A stretch of 41,034 nucleotides of DNA from a virus (IMGVR_UViG_3300031949_000088:1-41034), one strand, 5' to 3'; shown: positions 1 to 10,090, counted from the first letter of the stretch. Translations and numbers: made by a program. The notes: generated by a model not told the origin, from the sequence alone.

Positions 1-127
1 CGGCACCGATACGTTGATCGGGTCGTGGGTCGTGCAGCAAGGCTACGACGGCCTGCTGAACCGCGTTGTGCTCGACTATGAAGGCCAGAGCACCTTCCAG
101 AATTTCTCCGGGAATATCGTTTGGCGG
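1..127. repeat. 127-bp exact terminal direct repeat, left copy (circular assembly overlap)
   Basis: 1-127 is identical to 40908-41034; 127 is a common assembler k-mer; the ORF from 40363 stays in frame across the join. Confidence 0.97.
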
Positions 128-337
128 GTGAAGGTCAATTACCGCTACGCAAAGAATCTCGGCAACGTCCAATACAACTACGGGTCGCTCGAAAACCAGA
201 TGGACACACCTGGATTCGGTGTGCGCCTGGTCAGTGGTCAGACAGTCTCGATCTTTGCGGCCATCCCCAACGGAGCGCCGATCAATGACGGGATTGTGGT
301 CGCTGGAACCTTCGGCTGGACCTACCCGAGACGATGA
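1..337 (+). CDS. 3' part of origin-spanning beta-rich structural protein (starts at TTG 40363; 293 aa in the circle)
   Basis: Frame of track ORF 14..337 is open back through the repeat to 40363; ends VVAGTFGWTYPRR, similar to the termini of the upstream paralogs. Confidence 0.8.
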   Translation, partial: GTDTLIGSWVVQQGYDGLLNRVVLDYEGQSTFQNFSGNIVWRVKVNYRYAKNLGNVQYNYGSLENQMDTPGFGVRLVSGQTVSIFAAIPNGAPINDGIVVAGTFGWTYPRR

Positions 338-347
338 GGTTGAGAAC

Positions 348-746
348 ATGCTTTCGCTAGGTCAGACCATCCCAACAGAACCGGGGCCAGCAGCTCCGGC
401 CGGCACGGCAACGGTGAGCTGCCCGCCAGCCCCCGAGGGCATGTGGGTGAACCCCGCAAACTGCACGCAGTGGCTCGCTCCGGAGCAAGGCGCGAAGGTC
501 GGGAATCTCTGCATGTTTGGAACCGGCATCGCGCCTGGTCGCACGCGCGTCGGCGGCAACGGTGCCAACTCTAAACTTTACTGCGGGTGCTTTTTCGATA
601 GCCCCGTTACCGATTCGGCGGTGTTCTACGGCGGAGCTGCTGCGATCGCATTCTTTGCGCTGGACAAGCCGTACAAGTATTGGGTAGCGGGCGCATTCGC
701 CACGCTAGCCGCGCTGGGCGTACTCTATGGCCGCGCCGATTCTTAA
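348..746 (+). CDS. Cys/Pro-rich tail-anchored membrane protein, putative virion protein
   Basis: ATG 348 after GAGG; MLSLG leader; two hydrophobic segments at the C-terminus. Confidence 0.7.
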   Translation: MLSLGQTIPTEPGPAAPAGTATVSCPPAPEGMWVNPANCTQWLAPEQGAKVGNLCMFGTGIAPGRTRVGGNGANSKLYCGCFFDSPVTDSAVFYGGAAAIAFFALDKPYKYWVAGAFATLAALGVLYGRADS

Positions 747-755
747 GGAGGGCAG

Positions 756-953
756 ATGGCGACATGGGTGGGAAGAGTAGGGGCAACGGTTATCACCGGC
801 ACGAAGGCCGCTGTTCTTAAACGAGTCAAAGCGAAAGTGTTGAGAGAAACAAAACGCACTGGCAAACAGGTGAAAGGCACCGTAGAGGTGTTGCCGTCCG
901 ATCTTCGATACCGACGATTGGGAGCCGCTGATTACAGGCGCATGGGCAGGTAA
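756..953 (+). CDS. small basic protein
   Basis: AAGGAGG SD; K/R-rich 65 aa. Confidence 0.65.
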   Translation: MATWVGRVGATVITGTKAAVLKRVKAKVLRETKRTGKQVKGTVEVLPSDLRYRRLGAADYRRMGR

Positions 954-967
954 AAAAGAGGAGAGCA

Positions 968-1498
968 ATGAGCACAAACCCCGACTTCATGAGCCTAGCG
1001 GCCAAAAAGATGCAGCCGATTATCGGAACGGACTTCACCAACAACAGTCCGATTGATCCGTGGACCGCGATCTCCAACCCCACCGGGCCGGGAACAATTC
1101 GCGATTACCGAAACTACCGCGTGCGGACCAGCTTTCTGACGCCTGCCTACATCGAGGGCATGATCGAGAAGCTAGCCGGGGACATCGGCAAAGACCTGGT
1201 CGGAGAATTCCAGCTCAGCGGCGACTTCGATACGGACACCGATCCGCTGGGCAGGAAGTACGGCTATGTGCCTGTAAATGGCGTCTCGATCGTTCTGAAC
1301 GCGATCCTTTCGATGGTGGCCAGCGGCAACGATGCCAACGGAAACCAGATCTACTCCGCCGACAAGTACCAGCTCGGCGTGCCCACGGACTGGAAACTGG
1401 TGGGGGGCAAATTCATCTACACCCCGACGCCCCCAGCGAAGCAAACCGCAGACGGGCCTCCGGGCGTTCTGACGTTCACGCCCGCGCTTCTCAAGTAG
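968..1498 (+). CDS. hypothetical protein, last gene of the structural operon
   Basis: GAGGAG SD; natural composition; followed by hairpin and palindromes. Confidence 0.75.
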   Translation: MSTNPDFMSLAAKKMQPIIGTDFTNNSPIDPWTAISNPTGPGTIRDYRNYRVRTSFLTPAYIEGMIEKLAGDIGKDLVGEFQLSGDFDTDTDPLGRKYGYVPVNGVSIVLNAILSMVASGNDANGNQIYSADKYQLGVPTDWKLVGGKFIYTPTPPAKQTADGPPGVLTFTPALLK

Positions 1499-1505
1499 CT
1501 GCAGT

Positions 1506-1553
1506 AACGCCGTTCCCGGCGCTTGCCGGGCGGGCAACGCCCTTTCCGGCGCT
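1506..1553. repeat. two direct copies of aaCGCC-N6-GGCGct, with hairpin cccggc-gctt-gccggg
   Basis: Palindromic cores at 1508-1521 and 1538-1551, 30 bp apart, between convergent genes. Confidence 0.75.
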
Positions 1554-1626
1554 GCTAGCGATCGTGAGCTGGCGTACACTCTGTTTCAGGTGTCATAGCC
1601 TAGGATCGTCTCTGAGCCCCTCCGAC

Positions 1627-2577
1627 TCAGAGCGATCCGCTTGGGAGTCCGGGGCTCAGCGGTTCCGGGCTCCCGAATCCGGCTTCCTCGATCGCGGCCA
1701 GCAACGCGCGGCTTTCCATCAACGGCATTCGCTTAAGCCGCTCTACCCAGCGCCTTCTCCGCTTGGTGATCCGCCAGCGTTCCCGGTGGCCCTCGCCCAC
1801 ATAGCTGTAGTCGTGAAGGGCAACCGGCTCCGGGTAATTCATCCACAGCCATTCCGTCGCCATGGTGCCCGCTCGATTGACGGCTTGGAAGTTCATGGCC
1901 CGCCATCCCTTCAGCGTGCGATCGTACAGCCTGGTCCAGTAACCGGAGATCATCACCGGGCAGGGAATCGTCCGGAGGACTTCCAGCAGCGCCCTGTGCT
2001 GCGCATCCGTCATCTCGTATTCGTAGCGCCTGGTGCGTCCCCTGGTTTCGTGCATGTAGGGCGGATCGCAGTACACCATCTCGGCTCCGGTGAACTTGTA
2101 TTTCGAAAGCCACTCGATCGCGTCGGCGCGGTGGAACTCCCAGCGCGATCGCACAACGCCGGTTTCGGCGTGTGGTGATGAATAGCGATTCGTCGGATCC
2201 ACCGACGCCGTTTTCGATGTCAGGATCCGGGCGCCGGCGTTAGCGCCATAACCGGCGTTTCCGGCCGCCCGCGCCTTTTGTGGCGTCATGCGCCGGCGAG
2301 CACCGCCCGATTCGGCGTTGTTTCCGGAAGCGAGTATGACGTCCACCAACCCCGAAAGCGGCGTTGCTGCAGGAGTCACGGTTTCCGCGGCTACCCAGTT
2401 GAGCAACAACTTTTCGCCGTCCACCAGGTCAATGCCGATATTCAGGTTTGCCGGCTTCTTCAAACTCATGATGGCCGCACCCCCGAGAAACGCTTCGATG
2501 TACACCTGGTGCGGCGGAATCTGGCAGATGATCCGCTGGTAGGTTCCCGATCCGCTCTTTCCTCCGGGGTACGGCAT
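1627..2577 (-). CDS. Dam/D12-class N6-adenine DNA methyltransferase with ~90-aa low-complexity insertion
   Basis: MPYPGGKSG start, YIEAFLGGAAI SAM-binding motif, YCDPPY catalytic motif; start reassigned to ATG 2577. Confidence 0.9.
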   Translation of the reverse strand: MPYPGGKSGSGTYQRIICQIPPHQVYIEAFLGGAAIMSLKKPANLNIGIDLVDGEKLLLNWVAAETVTPAATPLSGLVDVILASGNNAESGGARRRMTPQKARAAGNAGYGANAGARILTSKTASVDPTNRYSSPHAETGVVRSRWEFHRADAIEWLSKYKFTGAEMVYCDPPYMHETRGRTRRYEYEMTDAQHRALLEVLRTIPCPVMISGYWTRLYDRTLKGWRAMNFQAVNRAGTMATEWLWMNYPEPVALHDYSYVGEGHRERWRITKRRRRWVERLKRMPLMESRALLAAIEEAGFGSPEPLSPGLPSGSL

Positions 2578-2628
2578 TCCTCGAGCATCGCCAAAAACGG
2601 CGTTGCTGTCAAGCGGTACAATTCCACA
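2578..2628. promoter_or_regulatory. divergent leaderless promoters with a palindromic operator candidate
   Basis: - strand: TTGACA (2612-2607), 17 bp, GATGCT (2589-2584), 6 nt, ATG 2577. + strand: TACAAT (2617-2622), 6 nt, ATG 2629. CGCC-AAAAAC-GGCG at 2589-2602. Confidence 0.65.
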
Positions 2629-3099
2629 ATGACGATTCCCCCAGCTCACCTGAAGGCGATCGCGGAGCTGAACGAAACGGGCACTCGCGCGTTCGCGCTC
2701 CGCTCGATCCCGCCACATGCGCGGGATCATAACGACGGTTCGGACCTGGTGCGGATCGTGAGGTATCTTAGCGTCGAGACCAGCGCCCGGTATAAGCCAG
2801 CGGGCGGGCTCACCTACTGCAACATCTATGCGACGGACTACTGCTATTGCTTTGGCGTGTATCTGCCCCGCGTGTGGTGGAACGATTTGGCGCTGGCCGA
2901 TTTCATACTGGGCAAGGAAGTAAAGCCGGTCTACAACAAAACCGTGGTGGAGCTGAACGCGAACGCGCTGCATCTGTGGCTGGTGCAATTCGGGGAAAGA
3001 TTCGGATGGCGGGCGGCAACCGTTGAAGAGCTACAGACCGCAGCGAACAGCGGCAAGGTACCAGAATCCCGCCTGCTCCATAGCGAACAGCGAGATTGA
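2629..3099 (+). pseudogene. CHAP/NlpC-like cysteine peptidoglycan hydrolase, C-terminally truncated
   Basis: TYCNIYA catalytic Cys motif and NAN.L..WL...G..FGWR...Q.AANSGKV, but the frame becomes unrelated at ~3060 before the expected GH catalytic His. Confidence 0.65.
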
Positions 3100-3334
3100 A
3101 ACCAGCTCCGGGCCCAGCGGGGCGAGTGTCCACCGTCAAGCCCGCTGCCGTCATGGGTGAGCCGGTCGAGAATTCCAGCGGGGCTTGCCCGAAGTTGTAG
3201 AGCACCACGGTCTGTCCGATCGCGCTGGTCTGCATCACTTCCGGGGTAGCCAGCGTGAAGGTGTCCAGGTCGGTGAACGTCGTAAGCGCGGCCTGTGCCG
3301 TGCCGATGGTCAATATCAAAAGCAGCGTTTTCAT
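3057..3334 (-). pseudogene. secreted protein with PEP-CTERM-family-like N-terminus, truncated
   Basis: Signal peptide MKTLLLILTIGTAQA then ALTTFTDLDTF; start overlaps the recombinase stop (ATGA); after ~3057 the frame is only the antisense of the hydrolase. Confidence 0.5.
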
Positions 3335-3954
3335 TTTTTCTCCGATTGTTGTTTCTGCCTATCGATCGCAAGCCGTACCGTGGCCCGCGATCGGTGAACC
3401 CGTCGCGCGATCTCCGCGACCGGCAAACTCTTCGCCGCCAGCCTGTGTATCTTCGCTTCGCAGCTCAGATCGCGCGGGCGTCCTAGCACCTGGCCCCGAG
3501 CTTTGGCGTTGGCCAGCCCGGACAGCACGCGCTCCCGGATCACCGCGCGTTCGTACTCCGCGAATCCGGCGACGATCGTGTAGAACAACCGCCCTTGCGC
3601 TGTGGTCGTGTCGATGTCTTCGGTGATGCTAATGAATTGCACGCCGTGGGAGCCGAAAAAGTTTAGGGCGTCGATCAGCGAAACCAGCGATCGCGCGAAG
3701 CGATCGTATCGCCACACCATGACGCACTGAAACTTTCCGGCCTTCGCATCGGCCAGCAGCGATCGGTACGCCGTGTCCGGTCGATTCCTTCGCTTGGCTC
3801 TGCCTTCCACGTCGCCGGTCACGCGGTCCACATACTCCCCGGCAATGGTGAAGTTCCGCCGTTTGCAGTAGGCCCGCATTTCGCGGAGCTGGGCAGCGGG
3901 GTTTTGATCGGGCGTCGACACCCTGGCATACAGCGCGACCTTAAACGCCTTCAT
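3331..3954 (-). CDS. small serine recombinase (resolvase/invertase) A
   Basis: YARVSTPDQ catalytic Ser, DRFARS, IDTTTAQGRLF, AEYERAVIRER, GRP hinge and C-terminal HTH; start ATG 3954. Confidence 0.95.
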   Translation of the reverse strand: MKAFKVALYARVSTPDQNPAAQLREMRAYCKRRNFTIAGEYVDRVTGDVEGRAKRRNRPDTAYRSLLADAKAGKFQCVMVWRYDRFARSLVSLIDALNFFGSHGVQFISITEDIDTTTAQGRLFYTIVAGFAEYERAVIRERVLSGLANAKARGQVLGRPRDLSCEAKIHRLAAKSLPVAEIARRVHRSRATVRLAIDRQKQQSEKK

Positions 3955-4205
3955 ACGCGAACCTTGGTCCAGCGGTGCTTGACCAGGCCGCAGTCGGCAC
4001 ACGTGCGAAATTGCTCGATCAGCTTTCCGATGAGTTTGTAGTCGTGATCGGCCCTGCACCCGGTCCACCGTTTTTTGCCGTCGCTGTAGGTCACAGTTTC
4101 GACCGGCTGATTGCCAGCGGCCAAGTGATTGAAGTTGTCACTCCAAAGGGGAACCTCACACCGGATGCGCCACTTATCGAAGCGATGGAAAATCCGGCAG
4201 CTCAC
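3951..4205 (-). CDS. small Cys/His-rich hypothetical protein
   Basis: Start/stop overlaps with both neighbours; CxxC motif. Confidence 0.5.
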   Translation of the reverse strand: MSCRIFHRFDKWRIRCEVPLWSDNFNHLAAGNQPVETVTYSDGKKRWTGCRADHDYKLIGKLIEQFRTCADCGLVKHRWTKVRV

Positions 4206-4460
4206 TTTTTGATGATCCCGGCTTGGAGAGCTTTGGCGAACGCATCGCGGAAATTTTGGATCGCGGTACCGAGCGCGGCGGCCTTAACCTCGATCACCTT
4301 TTCATCGTTCAACGTGCCCCGGATCACCCAGCCCCCGGAGGCAGGCCATCCCATCACCGAAAGGGGGGTGCATTCCCGTTTCAGTGCATCAAGTTTCGTT
4401 TGATCGGTCCCACGCGGCATTAAGGCTCCAATTCCCCGAAAACGGCCATGCGTACACGCA

Positions 4461-5015
4461 TTAGTTGACCGTTCCCGGTCCTGATGGACCACCAGCTTTT
4501 CGCGCAACGCTACGCGCTGCCCGTTGCAACATGATCGCTCGGGCCAAAGCGTGGAGAAGGGAACCGGCCAAAAGCCCCGCGAGATAGATCACCCATGCGG
4601 GCCGGGGATAGAGTTTGAAGGGAACCCCTTCGGCTTCCGGCCGCAATGATAGTTGCGGGACGCCAGAGACATAGATTCCCAGCACGATCGCGGACACCGC
4701 CACCGGCAGCAGCAGAAACCAGAACGCGGGAGACAAGCTCGGCGGAGGAGCTGGGGGCGGAGCTGGGGAAGCGGGCGGAACTTCTAGCAGAACGTCGGCG
4801 GCATTGCCTTCCATGTCGATACCCATGTTGGTGCCGTCGTTGAACAAAAACAGGATGTTGAATTTAGCGCGATCGACGTTGCCAGGGAAGGGAACCGTTC
4901 CCAGCAGACGGGCGACGTAGTGTTGTATCTGCATCATGCGCTCTTGCCCGAGCTGCCTCAGGTACGCCGGATCTTTCAGCGGATCTTGCTCTTCGGTCAC
5001 TTGGTTTCCATCCAT
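4461..5015 (-). CDS. membrane protein with Pro-rich linker and two TM segments
   Basis: PPASPAPPPAPPP linker followed by two hydrophobic helices. Confidence 0.55.
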   Translation of the reverse strand: MDGNQVTEEQDPLKDPAYLRQLGQERMMQIQHYVARLLGTVPFPGNVDRAKFNILFLFNDGTNMGIDMEGNAADVLLEVPPASPAPPPAPPPSLSPAFWFLLLPVAVSAIVLGIYVSGVPQLSLRPEAEGVPFKLYPRPAWVIYLAGLLAGSLLHALARAIMLQRAARSVARKAGGPSGPGTVN

Positions 5016-5063
5016 TCGGGAATTTGCATTAAGTCGAGGGCGGCCAGCGCCCGCACCGCGCTT

Positions 5064-6318
5064 TCATAGGCAGCTTCGTAGCATTATGTCCGAGTCCCAC
5101 GGCGCGGTTAGGCCCGTCGAATCGCTGTAGTAGACCAGACCGCCCGTCGCCCGCATGATTTGTTCGTCAAACTCTTCCGACGCCTGCCACTTACTGATGG
5201 CCCCGGAATTCTGCCGATCCAATATGCTTTTGGTGGCGTCAAGATTTTCAGTGCGCTGCCTCCGCCGTTCCTGCTCACGCTTCCACCGTTTTCTGAGACG
5301 ATCGATCATTCCTAGAAGACTGGCAGAAAACAGTGAAAGAATCAACGACTCTTCGGTACTGGAACGTCCCACAGGAGCGCCGTAAAATAAACTTCCAGCA
5401 ATCCGACCTTCCACCCAATAGACACAAGAGGCACCACCAGCAACCATGTTTCGTGGCGCTCTGGACTGTTCCATCTATCCAGTGCGATTACTAAGTCGAG
5501 GGCAAAGGAGAGGATCGTTCCTATCAGCCGCTCTCTAGAGCGGATCGGCCAAAAGGGGAACATGAAAGCTACGAACACCTGAAGCACGGTCCATCGTGGC
5601 AGGATGGTGTGACAGAATCAACGCTTCTTTAGTACCAGGACGGTCTAGTGGACCTGGTTCTTCCGATCGGCGGCATATAAATCGCGGGCAACTTTCAGCG
5701 TCTCATGCTCCCGAGCATTGCAGTGTTTTTCATATGCCCCCGGACCAGCCAAAGTGTCGATGGTGTTGGCGTCGTTCCAGACCATCATGAAATGATCGAG
5801 TCCAACGGGACGACCGAAAACAAGTGAAGAAAAGTGAGCGGGCAGATTCAGAGTTACAAACGGATCACCAACATAGGCGTCCGCGCGGCGCTTCAATTCT
5901 TGCCCTGAGTAGGCTCCGGTGCCTACAGCTTCGACGATGCCCCCACTAGTGAAAAAGATTGTACCTTGCGGAATGCCGACGCCGGCATGCCGGATCGGTT
6001 CGACACCCGCGTTTACGCACGCCATACAAAGAGGAGTGTTCCTCGACACGGTTTTCCCGCACGGGCATGACCCATTCCAACAGTCTCTCTTGGTCGCATT
6101 CATTGGATGACGAAACACCTGCATGTGCAGGGTTTACCTGGTCCTTGATTCGCACTGCAAGCGCCCTCTCCAACCATATGGAGAATCGAGTCGTGATCGC
6201 AGATGCAAACTTTCCGATAGTGCGGATGAAGACGCCAAGTCTTTACCCTTTGATCGGTCTGGTCGGCTATGACGATCTCACCATCTGCCGAGAACGGAAG
6301 CTGTTCTGTCTGGATCAT
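5064..6318 (-). other. cluster of small overlapping hypothetical ORFs (5064-5474, 5342-5587, 5645-6124, 6100-6318)
   Basis: Same-strand ORFs between the two recombinases; no recognised domains; some may be fragments. Confidence 0.4.
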
Positions 6319-6536
6319 TTTGCCATCTTGCTGGGGGAGTACGCCTTGGCCCTCAGCAACGCCATTCTAACTCCGATCATCCAGCGTGGCTTTTTATCAG
6401 TGGAGCGCCGCTGGCTTTGAACCTGCTCGGTCGGCTCGGAATCGCGTTGCGTGATGTGGCTGGCCGTGTCACAGCCCTTTGGACTCACCCAACAACTTCC
6501 TACGACGGACGCCCCGTTTAAGAGTAGCAGTTAAGG

Positions 6537-6737
6537 GTGAAAGACAACTACAAGTTAGTTGGCGCTGCGGCATTGGCTGGTGTGCTGTTCGCGCCCGGAT
6601 GGTGGAAACTGTTAGCGTTGGTCGGTGGTGGGTATGCGACGATTTGGAGCATGACGAGTAGCAAGGCCCTCGATGTGGAGAAGTCGATCCAGTCAGGCAA
6701 GGCAGTTTGCAGAATCAGCGGCGGCGGCGTACTTTAA
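6537..6737 (+). CDS. small membrane protein
   Basis: Hydrophobic hairpin LVGAAALAGVLFAPGWWKLLALVGGG; converges on recombinase B. Confidence 0.5.
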   Translation: MKDNYKLVGAAALAGVLFAPGWWKLLALVGGGYATIWSMTSSKALDVEKSIQSGKAVCRISGGGVL

Positions 6738-7360
6738 GGCTTGGTTCGCACCGGGGGACAGTAAAGATTTGCCCTGAGCAACACCAGCCGAACGCCAGCA
6801 CGGGAGCGGCCCGTAGCCCTGGAAATTTGCGAAAGGCTGGCCTTGGCCTGGTGCATCTCGATCACTTTCGCCTCATCGGGAATGTGTTTGCGCCCGAGAT
6901 GTACGCCCTTGGCCCTGGCGTTTGCGATCCCAGCGTTGACGCGCTCGACGATCATCTCGCGCTCGAATTCCGCGAAGGCTCCCACGACGTGGAAGAAAAG
7001 TCGCCCCATCGCAGTCGTGGTATCCACGTCCTGAGTCGCCGAAATAAAATCGATGCCCTGGTCTTTGAATCCCTGGAGGGCATCGATCAGAGCGGTTAGG
7101 GATCGGGCAAAGCGGTCGAACTTCCAAACGATCACGCAATCGAACTTCCCCTTACGGGCGTCCGCCATGAGTAGTTCGTAGGCGGGGGCCTTGGTCTGAT
7201 TCCGCCGTCTCTTTTCGACGTTGCCAGTCACGGTGTCGATATATTCCCCGACGATGGTGAAGCCGCGCCGCGCCGCGAATTCCTTCAGGGCAAGGACTTG
7301 CATTTCTGGGTTTTGATCGAGCGTCGAGACGCGGGCGTAGAGTGCAACGCGGCGGCTCAC
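6734..7360 (-). CDS. small serine recombinase (resolvase/invertase) B
   Basis: YARVSTLDQ, DRFARS, VDTTTAMGRLF, AEFEREMIVER, C-terminal HTH; clear paralog of 3331-3954. Confidence 0.95.
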   Translation of the reverse strand: MSRRVALYARVSTLDQNPEMQVLALKEFAARRGFTIVGEYIDTVTGNVEKRRRNQTKAPAYELLMADARKGKFDCVIVWKFDRFARSLTALIDALQGFKDQGIDFISATQDVDTTTAMGRLFFHVVGAFAEFEREMIVERVNAGIANARAKGVHLGRKHIPDEAKVIEMHQAKASLSQISRATGRSRAGVRLVLLRANLYCPPVRTKP

Positions 7361-7581
7361 TTCGTCCTGCGACTCTTCAGTTTCGGGCGCTTGACCTTCG
7401 GCCTTTTGATCTTGGGCAGTTTCCCAAGGTCGAACGGTCCAGGCATGAACGGACCCGGCCTTGGCCGAAACAGAGTCAGAAACGATCCGAACAGCATCCC
7501 CGCTATGAACGGATCAAAGATGCTTGGCTCGGATGTCGGCTTTTTGGGGGCTTTAGGTGGTGTTTTCTTTTTGGTCGCCAT
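7357..7581 (-). CDS. small Lys/Pro-rich protein with central hydrophobic segment
   Basis: CATAAT 8 nt upstream of ATG; stop overlaps the recombinase B start. Confidence 0.55.
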   Translation of the reverse strand: MATKKKTPPKAPKKPTSEPSIFDPFIAGMLFGSFLTLFRPRPGPFMPGPFDLGKLPKIKRPKVKRPKLKSRRTK

Positions 7582-7694
7582 AAGCGTTCATTATGGGGAT
7601 CAGTTCGTAGTTTAATCAACACCCAAATTGGCGTAGGACGTACCAGTACGATCAGTGGCTTGCGGAGCCCTGGCAAGGGGGGGTATTCTGCCAT

Positions 7695-9548
7695 GTGCTG
7701 TTCTATTGCCCGAAGTGCAGTGTCGTGTACGCCTGCTTAGAGCCTACTTTTTGTGTCCGCTGCCCTGGTGAGCGGTTGCGCAGTTTGTCGGAGCTGCTCG
7801 CAACGCAAACCCCGGCGTTGGAGCAACTGGGTAGAGACATCATGGACGAAATGGAAGCGGCTGCATCTGCTGGCGTCGCTTCTATCGGTGCGATCCGGCC
7901 TGCGCTTATCCGTAGAATCGTAGCTAGGATTCTTGAAGCGAAAGCCTTGGGGAAATTGTGACGCCCGAACATGATCCGATCCGCGATGCTGCTGAGCTGG
8001 AAAACACTGCCCAAATGCTGTATCGAGTATGGGCGTCTGGAGCGCGAAACCCCGAGCCATGGTGGAATATCATGCCTTCGGCGATGAAAGGCTGGCGTGA
8101 AGTCGCTAAACTCTACTTGCAGAACAGCCACGAATGCCCGGAGTGCGGATGAGACCCGGCGCTATCAAACTCGGATGGATCACAAGTTTTTGCGTTGCGT
8201 GGTTCAGCCAGTTTTTCATCAATCCAACGCGGGCATTCTACATCGGGCAAGGCCTGATTCAACTGGGATGGTTTGCGGCTTGGCGTTTCCGCTGCCGACA
8301 CTGGGAACACGATTTGCTCAACGTCTACACCAGGGACGGGCTCTACTTATACTCGAAACTGATGTGCATTCGGTGCCACCAGGTCTTTGACGTTCCAGCG
8401 CCGAAAGGGCCCCAGCTATGCAAATAATAACTTCTTATCGATGGGACTGGGCGTGTGGAAATTGCGGTAGTTTCTGTCTGGCCATCGTGGTGCCTGCCGG
8501 AACCGGCGTAGTGCAGGCGATGGATTTGATGATCGATAGCCACATGAAGAGTTCCCCCATTTGCCACGCGCGGAACGGGGCAAAGCGTCTAGAAATTACC
8601 CACGTCGTAGCGACGATGCCTGACGTGCGAAGATGAGCCATCCCCCTCCGCGATCGATCCGAATGCAGCAGCGCCGCTCGATCATTTTCGGGTTTCTGGT
8701 GTTGCTCTTCCTGTGGCAATTCGCGTTGCTTCTCCTGGGCGGTGGAAAGTTGTGGCTAGTGCCATCCACGGGCATTTTCATCCGCAACGATCGCGGGACG
8801 TATGATCGATTCATCGTCTGGCCGCTGGGCCGTGGCGAGGTACAGCCGGAAAGGAACCAATGAAAAGAGTCAATATCCGCCATAGGAATCCGAAGTTTTC
8901 GCCCGAACAGAAAGCGCTATTCCGAAAGGCCGACGTGTTGAACAACGTCTCAGCGATCGTGCAATCAGGTGTAGCGGAGCATCTGAAGTTGCTCGACGGG
9001 TTTGGACCGAGCAGCGTTTCTAAGTTGCGTGGCATGGCCGCGATGCTTGAGACAGCGGCCAACAGAGCTGCAAAAACGTATGGTGGAATTGGGGAGCTTG
9101 CTCAGCAAACCGTTTTTCCCTCTGTCCACGTCCGGGCCCATCGACGCCGAATTTGTGACACCACCACGCAAGAAAAAGGTTAGCCGATGAGCGGAGAAGA
9201 ATTGTACAACATGTATCGAACGATCCAGCGCAATCATAGTTGCGAGCTTGATCCATGGAGAGACCTCGATGAGACGGATCGAATCTGCTGGTGCGACTTA
9301 GCGAACGAACTTCGGGACAAATGACCCAAGAGCGCAACGTCAACGTATTCCCGACACTGGAGGCCCTATCTAACGAAGCGGTGGGCCTTCGGGTGATTCT
9401 GCTTGGTTCCGAATCGATTGTCCTAGTCACTTTCCATCCGGCTGCTGGCGGGTATCCTCCATTTCTGGAACTTCAGTTTGCCGATGGTTCGTGTAAGCGA
9501 CTCTCTGCGATGGACGGCTGCGAAGTTGTATCCAAAAAGAGGGGCTAG
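7695..9548 (+). other. operon of small coupled hypothetical genes, several Zn-ribbon-like (7695-7961, 7958-8152, ~8149-8427, 8418-8636, 8633-8863, 8860-9183, 9187-9324, 9321-9548)
   Basis: TATTCT 5 nt before GTG 7695; repeated ATGA/GTGA overlaps; CxxC pairs. Confidence 0.6.
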
Positions 9549-9550
9549 CC

Positions 9551-10090
9551 ATGATCCAAGAGACTAACATCTATGGCGATCAGTTCGGCTTCCAGCAGCG
9601 CCACTCAGTCGGCAGAATTCTGAACGTGGGCTGCAACACGGACGGCGGAAACCTTGCCAGCATGGGAGCCGTCAACGTAGACCTAGGGACGCTGGACAAT
9701 CTTGGCCAGGTCATGCCGGTGCGGGTGATCGCGGACGCGCGGGCGCTTCCCTTCGGCCCCCACTTCGATACCGTTGTACTGGGAGAGATTCTGGAACACA
9801 TGGAACACGACGCAGCGGTTTTGACCTTGCGCCAGGCGCGGGCCGCTCTTCGACCAGGCGGGCGCGTCGTCATCACAATGCCCCATGACATCCGGCGCGA
9901 AAACGATGCCCTTGAAGTTCCCGAACAAGAGTTCTATACCGAGGGCGTGTATGCTTTTCACTATCGCTGCATCCCTTGGGAAGAGTTGGCCGGCTGGTTA
10001 GCGGAAGCGGGCCTACGGCCTCGACTCCGGGCCGCGATTCATTATCCGTGGGGGGAGAAGGGCTCGGGGGCCGTGGCGGTGGTTTTGTGA
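9551..10090 (+). CDS. class I SAM-dependent methyltransferase
   Basis: ILNVGCN motif I, ADARALPF, FDTVVLGEILEH, LRPGGRVVITMP. Confidence 0.85.
   Translation: MIQETNIYGDQFGFQQRHSVGRILNVGCNTDGGNLASMGAVNVDLGTLDNLGQVMPVRVIADARALPFGPHFDTVVLGEILEHMEHDAAVLTLRQARAALRPGGRVVITMPHDIRRENDALEVPEQEFYTEGVYAFHYRCIPWEELAGWLAEAGLRPRLRAAIHYPWGEKGSGAVAVVL

Noticed and set aside
1060-2178. 372-aa plus-strand ORF
   Set aside because: Off-frame overlap of 968-1498 and antisense to the methyltransferase; Arg-rich shadow composition
1508-2602. CRISPR mini-array or REP/MITE interpretation of the palindromes
   Set aside because: Repeats are 14 bp with variable centres and irregular spacing; no cas or transposase gene
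2578-2988. N-terminal extension of the methyltransferase in the ORF track
   Set aside because: Antisense to the hydrolase gene; the family motif and promoter place the start at 2577
3331-7360. Large serine integrase or attP site
   Set aside because: Both enzymes are ~207 aa with only an HTH tail; no att site or flanking inverted repeats found by eye
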